From assembly GCA_964536285.1 (NCBI GenBank), contig CAZHXG010000004.1:11121-75120 (forward strand): a stretch of 64,000 nt of DNA. Direction: 5' to 3'. The notes beneath the pieces are model-generated. The model did no database searches. It was given only the letters and a program-made list of their open reading frames with translations, and was not told the origin of the DNA. Source of the stretch: an uncultured Bifidobacteriaceae bacterium (GTDB lineage: Bacteria; Verrucomicrobiota; Verrucomicrobiia; Limisphaerales; UBA11358). Below, in pieces: positions 58,513 to 64,000 of the stretch. The translations under genes were made by a program, and so were the position numbers. How positions within the stretch are numbered: position 1 is the stretch's first letter; each line of letters opens with the position of its first letter.

Positions 58513-60498
58513 ATGAGAAAAGTCGGATCAATCCCGGGAATCCGCACTTTGGCGCTGGTGATTTTTTCGCTATGCCTTTCGCAGTTCGCACACGCGCAGG
58601 GACGAACCGTTGGCGGCACAAATTCGCCGGCAACGAAAACCGTTGTTCTTCCCAAATCCGTTCCCGATCCCATCGAGCCGTTCAATCGCGCGATGTGGGA
58701 TTTCAATGTGGGGCTGATGACCGACGTCATCAAGCCGACGAGCAAAGTTTACCGGTTCATCGTCGTGAAACCGGTCCGGACCGGCATCGGAAATTTTGGC
58801 AAAAACCTCACTTATCCTGGACGGCTAATCAATAATCTGTTCCAAAGAAAGTGGAGCGGAGCGCGCGAAGAATCCTACCGGTTTGTTTGCAATACCACTG
58901 TCGGCGTGGCCGGGTTCTGGGACGTGGCGACCAAATGGAAGATCCCCAAATCAGACGCGGATTTCGGCCAGACGTTCGGCAAATGGGGCTGGAAGCCGCA
59001 ATGTTTCATCATGCTGCCGGTTTTCGGGCCGAGCAATGAACGCGACACCCTCGGCCTCGCCGCCGACACCGCCGCCAACCCGCTGCTCTATATTGCTCCC
59101 TACAAATTTGTCGCGAATGATCCGCTGACCTATCTCGGCCCTTACACTTATTTCACCTACGCGGTCATGTATAACGATTTGTCCGACAGCGTGGGCGAAT
59201 ATGTGCGCTTCAGTCAGGCTGAAATGGACCCGTATTCCGAAATCCAATACGCATGGACGTTCGCGCGCGCGAACCAGGTGGCCGATTTCCAGGTGAAGGG
59301 AAAACAGGACGAAGCCTCGCTTGAAACTCTCGAATCCGTTTTCTTCACCTATCAAGACCCTGACTTTCCGGGCCGGGGCAAAACCGGTTCGGCTTTGATT
59401 CCGGCGACGGGCCGGAAACTAAAATTCACGTTTTGGTTGCAGCCGGGAAAAGCGCCTGTGGTTTATATCGTTCCCGGTCTTGGTTCGCATCGTCTGGCCG
59501 AAAATTCCCTGGCGCTCGCCGAGCTGATTTACAAAAACGGCTTTTCCGTCGTGAACGTCAGCAGCCCTTTCAATTCCGAGTTCATGGAAAACGCCTCGAC
59601 TGCCGCGTTGCCGGCCTATCTGCCCGCAGACGGTCATGACTTGCATGTCGCTCTCACCGAAATTGATCATCGCTTGAATAAATTGTATCCAACTCGCTTG
59701 GGCGACAGGGCATTGATGGGCTATTCGTTGGGCGCATTCGATTCTTTATATGTCGCAGCCACCGAACCGACGAACCAATTGCCTGCCGCGCCGAAGCCTG
59801 GCGAAGGCGGGCCGCTGATCAAATTCGACCGCATCGTCGCCATCAACACACCCGTCCGACTGGCGCAGGGAATTTCCAAGCTGGATGAATTTTACCGCGC
59901 GCCCTTGAGCTGGCCGGAAACGAACCGCACCGACAACATCGAAAATACTTTTCTCAAGGTCGCCGTCTTAAGCAAACTTTCCCTCACGCCGCGTTCCTCC
60001 CTGCCGTTCAGCGCCATCGAATCCAAGTTTCTCATCGGCCTGACGTTCCGGTTCATGCTGCGCGATATTATTTACAGCAGCCAGCGGCGGCACAATGAGG
60101 GCGTCCTGCGACATCCGATTCACAATTTTCGCCGCGCGCCTGTCTATCAGGAAATCCTCCAATATTCCTACGAGGATTATTTTGAGAAATTTGCGATTCC
60201 ATATTATGAGGCCCACGGCCTTGGAGCAGACGCGCCGGAAACGCTGCAAAAAGCTGGTGACTTGCGGACGTATGATGCGGGTCTACGCGCCAATCCCAAC
60301 ATCCGCGTCATCGTCAATGAAAACGATTTTCTTCTGGCTGACGAAGATCTGGCATGGCTTCGCGCCACGTTCGCGCCGGAACAACTAACGGTTTTCAATC
60401 GGGGTGGTCACTTGGGAAATCTTACCAATCCGACCGTGCAAAAAACAATTTTAAGGGCGCTCGCGAATCTGAACCCGCCACAGCACAAATCCAAGTAA
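58513..60498 (+). CDS. MlaA/VacJ-family lipoprotein fused to a C-terminal alpha/beta-hydrolase-like domain
   Basis: The N-terminal 250 aa is MlaA-like (DPIEPFNRAMWDFN...TTVGVAGFWDVAT). The C-terminal ~400 aa carries a GYSLGA nucleophile-elbow-like motif. Confidence 0.8.
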   Translation: MRKVGSIPGIRTLALVIFSLCLSQFAHAQGRTVGGTNSPATKTVVLPKSVPDPIEPFNRAMWDFNVGLMTDVIKPTSKVYRFIVVKPVRTGIGNFGKNLTYPGRLINNLFQRKWSGAREESYRFVCNTTVGVAGFWDVATKWKIPKSDADFGQTFGKWGWKPQCFIMLPVFGPSNERDTLGLAADTAANPLLYIAPYKFVANDPLTYLGPYTYFTYAVMYNDLSDSVGEYVRFSQAEMDPYSEIQYAWTFARANQVADFQVKGKQDEASLETLESVFFTYQDPDFPGRGKTGSALIPATGRKLKFTFWLQPGKAPVVYIVPGLGSHRLAENSLALAELIYKNGFSVVNVSSPFNSEFMENASTAALPAYLPADGHDLHVALTEIDHRLNKLYPTRLGDRALMGYSLGAFDSLYVAATEPTNQLPAAPKPGEGGPLIKFDRIVAINTPVRLAQGISKLDEFYRAPLSWPETNRTDNIENTFLKVAVLSKLSLTPRSSLPFSAIESKFLIGLTFRFMLRDIIYSSQRRHNEGVLRHPIHNFRRAPVYQEILQYSYEDYFEKFAIPYYEAHGLGADAPETLQKAGDLRTYDAGLRANPNIRVIVNENDFLLADEDLAWLRATFAPEQLTVFNRGGHLGNLTNPTVQKTILRALANLNPPQHKSK

Positions 60499-60518
60499 CC
60501 ACTGAAAATTTTCTGCGC

Positions 60519-61253
60519 ATGAAACCCGAAGCTCCCGCAATCGTCAGCCGGGCGATTCCAGTTGCCGCCAGATGGCAGCCCGCTGTTCGGAAAAATAAAA
60601 TTCCGCTGGTCGCGAAAGTGGCCGCCACCGTTTTTCTCGCCGTCCTTGTTCCGGTCTATTTGCACACCTATGGGCCGACCAATTTTTTATGGTTCTGCGA
60701 CGCCGCGCTCATTCTCACGGTGGCGGGGATGTGGTTGGAAAATTCCCTGCTTATCAGCATGTGCGCCGTGGGCATCCTGCTGCCGCAATGTTTCTGGCTC
60801 GCGGATTTTGGCGTCAACCTTCTGGGATTTCACTTTCTGAACCTGACCGGTTATATGTTCGATTCACACCTTCCTCTTTTCACGCGAGGACTCTCGCTCT
60901 TTCATGGCTGGCTGCCGTTGCTGCTCGTCTGGCTTCTGATTCGCTTGGGCTACGACAAACGGGCTTTGTCCGCTTGGACCGGTCTGGCCGTGGGGTTGGT
61001 GTTCGTCTGCTACTTTTTTACCCCGCCCGCCGGCGCGCATCCGGTAAATCCCAACATTCCCATCAACCTGAACTATCTTTATGGTTTCAACGACCAGCAG
61101 CCGCAACGCTGGGTCAACCAAAACATTTATGTCGTCCTGTGGTTTGGCGTATTGTGGCTCGTCGCCTTTTTCCCCACCCATCTGGCCCTGCGCAAAATCT
61201 TCGCCGCACCACAGCCGGCAATCGGCCTGAAACTTCCCATCCGATTTCTTTGA
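60519..61253 (+). CDS. Polytopic membrane protein, hypothetical
   Basis: 244 aa from the ATG at 60519, with about 6 TM helices. The upstream part of the track ORF overlaps the preceding gene. Confidence 0.55.
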   Translation: MKPEAPAIVSRAIPVAARWQPAVRKNKIPLVAKVAATVFLAVLVPVYLHTYGPTNFLWFCDAALILTVAGMWLENSLLISMCAVGILLPQCFWLADFGVNLLGFHFLNLTGYMFDSHLPLFTRGLSLFHGWLPLLLVWLLIRLGYDKRALSAWTGLAVGLVFVCYFFTPPAGAHPVNPNIPINLNYLYGFNDQQPQRWVNQNIYVVLWFGVLWLVAFFPTHLALRKIFAAPQPAIGLKLPIRFL

Positions 61254-61294
61254 TCATTCCAATTTGTTCGACAGATTTGGATTTATAAATATTT

Positions 61295-61315
61295 GGTAGG
61301 GTTACACCCCATGGC
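61295..61315 (+). promoter_or_regulatory. Conserved stress box
   Basis: GGTAGGGTTACACCCCATGGC, preceded by TTTATAAATATTT. The ATG at 61348 lies 41 nt after the first C of CCCCAT. Confidence 0.6.
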
Positions 61316-61347
61316 GTTCGCAAGGTTGTCGGGTGATGCTCTTGGCG

Positions 61348-61587
61348 ATGAAAAACAAAACATTGCTCATCAAACTCGCGGAAACGCCTCAACCCCCGGT
61401 TTTCCAAATCGCAATCCGCAAACTTGGCGCGAACCGCAAGACGGTCGCTCCAAATTCAAAATCACAAAATCGGGGCAATGATTTGTCTCAATCCCGAGCC
61501 GCGCGCGAAGATCGCGACCCGCGCCGCATGGAGACGACTCTTAATTCACAAATACTTTTCCGCCTTTGCGCTGATTTAGACCCATGA
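61348..61587 (+). CDS. Possible 79-aa basic protein
   Basis: It has the box-to-ATG spacing seen at other boxes, and its stop overlaps the next start (ATGA). No family recognised and the composition is unremarkable. Confidence 0.3.
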   Translation: MKNKTLLIKLAETPQPPVFQIAIRKLGANRKTVAPNSKSQNRGNDLSQSRAAREDRDPRRMETTLNSQILFRLCADLDP

Positions 61588-61985
61588 AAACAAATCCATT
61601 GAAGCAAGGCGCCTTGACCGAAAATTCCTCCGGCCTCGGCACGGTGACACGTGAAATGGTGCGGGAGCGCGCGGCGGAATTGGCCGTGATCAAAGGTCGT
61701 TCCGCGCATGACGTAACCGAATCCGATCTGGCGCAGGCCAGACGGGAATTAACGGGTGAACCGGACGCGGACCCGAGAGAAACAATTCTCGAATCCGCCC
61801 CTGAATCCGAGCGATGGGATCCGGTTCCCGGTTCGACCGGACACAAAGTGCCGGTGGCTGCCAGCGAAGATGAGGACGACGAAGGGCGAAGCGATAATGA
61901 AAGACTCGTCGAAGAAGGCATCGCCGGAGCGGAGCAGGATCAGATGTTCCAAGCCGCCAGAGAAGCCGCAAAAAAAATCAGATGA
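61584..61985 (+). CDS. Acidic hypothetical protein
   Basis: 133-aa ORF in a plausible coding frame. No family recognised. Confidence 0.45.
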   Translation: MKTNPLKQGALTENSSGLGTVTREMVRERAAELAVIKGRSAHDVTESDLAQARRELTGEPDADPRETILESAPESERWDPVPGSTGHKVPVAASEDEDDEGRSDNERLVEEGIAGAEQDQMFQAAREAAKKIR

Positions 61986-62117
61986 GAGTCTTGAGTTTAA
62001 CTTGCCGCGCCTCGTTTCATTCCATCGCGGTTTGGCGACCAGAGTTGATGGTAAGGCTTGATTTCAGGCGGTGTTTTACAATGTCCGATCTAATTTTTTG
62101 CCGGGTTTACCGTGTAT

Positions 62118-62133
62118 GCAATTTCGAAATTGC
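62118..62133. promoter_or_regulatory. Perfect 16-bp palindrome, candidate operator upstream of the orphan receiver gene
   Basis: GCAATTTCGAAATTGC is its own reverse complement. It is followed 5 nt later by CATAAT (62139-62144). Confidence 0.4.
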
Positions 62134-62198
62134 CTGTGCATAATATTTTTCAAACAGACTTGCCAGCAGCGGTATGACGGTGTTCTATTCTTATTGCC

Positions 62199-62597
62199 TT
62201 GGTTATGAGTGAGCCAACAAAAACGGGCAAAGAGAGTTCTCTACCGATGATTTTCGTCGTGGATGACGAACCGATGTTGCTTGATCTCGCCGCGGCGATC
62301 CTTCAGCCGCTCGGTTATGAGGTGCGGACTTTTCGTGATCCCGAAGAGGCGTTGAAGGAATTTTCAAAAGCCAGGCCGACGGTGGTCGTGACGGATTATG
62401 CGATGGGCGCGATGAGCGGCATGGATTTGGTGCGTGAATGCAAACGTGTCAACCCAAAACAAAAAATGATGCTTTTGAGCGGCACGATAAACGAAGAAAT
62501 TTACGCCGACGAACCCTCCAAGCCCGACAGTTTTCTCGCCAAACCGTATCAGGTCCGAGAATTCGTCGAATCAGTCCAGAAGCTTGCCGCAGGTTGA
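62199..62597 (+). CDS. Orphan single-domain response regulator
   Basis: IFVVDDEPMLLDL...VVVTDYAMGAMSG...MLLSGT...FLAKPY. Confidence 0.85.
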   Translation: MVMSEPTKTGKESSLPMIFVVDDEPMLLDLAAAILQPLGYEVRTFRDPEEALKEFSKARPTVVVTDYAMGAMSGMDLVRECKRVNPKQKMMLLSGTINEEIYADEPSKPDSFLAKPYQVREFVESVQKLAAG

Positions 62598-62610
62598 GAT
62601 GGAAAAATTT

Positions 62611-63021
62611 TCAAACTTTCAAATACAGCTTCAGTTTTTCGGCCAGTTCCTCGGGCAAGCGTTTTGGTTTTTCTTCAAGACTTGTGCAGACGTGAAATGT
62701 CTCGGCTTCGAGAATCAGTTTTCCGCCTTGATTCGTGATGCGATGGCCGAAATTCACGCGCACCTTTTCAATCGCCGTCAGCCAGACTTCAATCGTCAGC
62801 AAATCATCGTAACGCGCCGGCGATTTATAGGACAGGCGGGCTTCGACGACAGGGAAAATCGCATCTTGTTCCTGCCAATGAAGGACGGTCGAGCCGAGCG
62901 AGCGGAGAAATTCGCCGCGCGCGGCTTCGAGCAAATCAAGATAGCGCGAGTGGTAAACGTGGTCGCCGACCGTGCATTCGGCATAAGTGACGCGATGCGT
63001 GTGGCGAAACGGATTGGCCAT
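62611..63021 (-). CDS. Acyl-CoA thioesterase (4HBT/YbgC family)
   Basis: 136 aa hotdog-fold pattern: VTYAECTVGDHVYHSRYLDLLEAARGEFLRSLG. Confidence 0.8.
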   Translation of the reverse strand: MANPFRHTHRVTYAECTVGDHVYHSRYLDLLEAARGEFLRSLGSTVLHWQEQDAIFPVVEARLSYKSPARYDDLLTIEVWLTAIEKVRVNFGHRITNQGGKLILEAETFHVCTSLEEKPKRLPEELAEKLKLYLKV

Positions 63022-63196
63022 GCGCGCAGCGTAGCGATGTGCGCCGAAAGTTCAACTCAATCTCAAACTTGTTCCCGATTGCAGATGCAAATCAAAGTGA
63101 ATTTATTTCATGATTAAAATCAGTAGATGAAAATCCGTGTTGCGCTGGCGGGTTTTGCGGTTATGTTGGGGATGTGAATCAAAACAAGCCCTTCGC

Positions 63197-63224
63197 TTGC
63201 ATGTTGCAAATTTTACGTTAGAAT
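63197..63224 (+). promoter_or_regulatory. Candidate sigma-70-type promoter of hsp20
   Basis: TTGCAT, a 16-nt spacer, then TAGAAT. The -10 hexamer ends 8 nt before the hsp20 ATG, which would give a nearly leaderless mRNA. Confidence 0.35.
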
Positions 63225-63232
63225 CCTCAATC

Positions 63233-63655
63233 ATGGCTATAACCAAAGTCAGTTCCACTGTGCATCTGGTTTCTCGAGGCTCGACGGTGAGCCGACGTCA
63301 CGGGGCGGCGAACGGACGCTGGATTCCCAATACGGATGTTTATTCGACCGAAGATGGCATCGTCGTCAAGGTCGAATTGCCCGGCATGAAAAGTGAGAAC
63401 CTCGAAATCACCGTTGAAGGCAGCCGCCTCCGCATCGCCGGCAACCGCCCGGATTGTTGCCGCGCGGCGAATTGCAGTTTTCTCGTCATGGAAATCAGTT
63501 ACGGCCCCTTCGAGAGCGTGTTGGAACTTCCGTCCGGTTACGATTTGAGTCAGGCCAAAGCTGTTTATGTCAATGGCTTCCTCCGGATTGACGTGCCGGC
63601 AGCCCACGAGCCTCATTTCAAGACGACCAAAGTCCCGATAGCCGAAGGAGATTAG
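63233..63655 (+). CDS. Hsp20/alpha-crystallin family small heat-shock protein
   Basis: WIPNTDVYSTEDGIVVKVELPGMKSENLEITVEGSRLRIAG...YGPFESVLELP...GFLRIDVP. Confidence 0.87.
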   Translation: MAITKVSSTVHLVSRGSTVSRRHGAANGRWIPNTDVYSTEDGIVVKVELPGMKSENLEITVEGSRLRIAGNRPDCCRAANCSFLVMEISYGPFESVLELPSGYDLSQAKAVYVNGFLRIDVPAAHEPHFKTTKVPIAEGD

Positions 63656-63709
63656 CCGCGCGTGAAACTTTTCAGGTTTTGCGGTATCTAACTTGCAGTG
63701 GAAACGACG

Positions 63710-64000
63710 ATGACTTCGCAGGAAACAGAATTTGTCAGCATACTTGGCGCCGCCGAAAAAACGGAAGCTCCGCCGAGGATTTCGTCGCGTTCGCTGCCGG
63801 ACAGCGTGCCGATCCTCGGCCTTTCGGACATCGTGATTTTTCCCGGAGCGGTCGTACCGCTGCTCGTCGAGACCGGGTCAAGCCTTAAATTGATCGACGA
63901 CATCGTCGCAGGCGACCGTTTGTTCGGCGCGATCCTCCAGCGCAAACCGGAGGTTGCCGATCCGGTGCCGGAGGATTTATATGAAGTCGGCTGCGTTTCG
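63710..64000 (+). CDS. lon: ATP-dependent Lon protease, N-terminal fragment (runs off the window)
   Basis: Hand translation from the ATG at 63710 gives ...DSVPILGLSDIVIFPGAVVPLLVETGSSLKLIDDIV...LFGAILQRKP...DLYEVGCV. This is the LON N-terminal substrate-binding domain pattern. It is absent from the ORF track because no stop lies within the window. Confidence 0.8.
   Translation, partial: MTSQETEFVSILGAAEKTEAPPRISSRSLPDSVPILGLSDIVIFPGAVVPLLVETGSSLKLIDDIVAGDRLFGAILQRKPEVADPVPEDLYEVGCVS

Noticed and set aside
30718-61315. The conserved box as a REP/MITE-type selfish repeat or as a sigma-54 or ECF-type promoter.
   Set aside because: The copies have no flanking terminal repeats or target duplications. 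They are always oriented toward a gene, at fixed spacing. The sequence does not fit TGGCAC-N5-TTGC (sigma-54) or GGAAC-N16-CGT (ECF). No conserved element is found 16-17 nt downstream of GGTTAC.
63679-63945. Track ORFs 63679-63888 (+) and 63688-63945 (-) at the window end.
   Set aside because: The third plus-strand frame, from the ATG at 63710, gives a clear Lon N-terminal domain that is open to the window edge. The listed ORFs are alternative-frame artefacts.

Overview
A 64-kb GC-rich bacterial chromosomal segment. The gene families resemble the PVC superphylum (Verrucomicrobiota-like), but that lineage call is inference only. I recognised no rRNA, tRNA, CRISPR array, transposase or integrase.

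Layout:
1. 1-28.9 kb is an anaerobic pyruvate/H2/PPi energy block. It holds the GNAT end of an ADP-forming acetate--CoA ligase-like protein translationally coupled to pyruvate:ferredoxin oxidoreductase (nifJ), a DHOD-like protein, a radical SAM protein and adk. A 13.7-kb minus-strand gene string follows: hoxE-hoxF-orf161-hoxU-hoxY-hoxH, a 364-nt gap, Ser/Thr kinase, membrane protein, hoxW-hypA-hypF-hypC-hypD-hypE (no hypB). Then come ppdK, a membrane H+-pyrophosphatase, a GNAT, a hupE/ureJ nickel permease and class I fbaB.
2. 29.0-33.8 kb holds a BON/lmo0937 envelope-stress operon. It is divergent from a tandem pair made of a truncated His-to-Gln histidine-kinase paralog and an intact HisKA_3 kinase, followed by a NarL/LuxR response regulator.
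3. 33.8-36.9 kb is a small variable island. It holds a 15-unit 21-bp tandem array, an orphan protein and a markedly AT-rich gene that replaces most of a DNA methyltransferase.
4. 36.6-52.4 kb is one 15.5-kb plus-strand signalling operon with 4 histidine kinases (3 hybrid, one of 2028 aa), about 9-10 receiver domains, and a receiver-coupled class III nucleotide cyclase as the last gene.
5. 52.4-62 kb is a dense stress island: DUF883/YqjD-YqjE-YqjK, DUF3309, PRC-barrel, DUF2934, dodecin, ferritin-like, PCD, DUF4142 and a MlaA-hydrolase fusion.
6. 62-64 kb holds an orphan receiver, a thioesterase, hsp20 and the start of lon.

The most notable observation is a ~21-nt box, GGTAGGGTTACACCCCATAGC. 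It occurs eight times, always intergenic and always pointing at the downstream gene. It heads the BON operon, the two-component operon, the giant signalling operon and four stress-island units. This suggests an undescribed stress regulon whose promoter or operator this box is.
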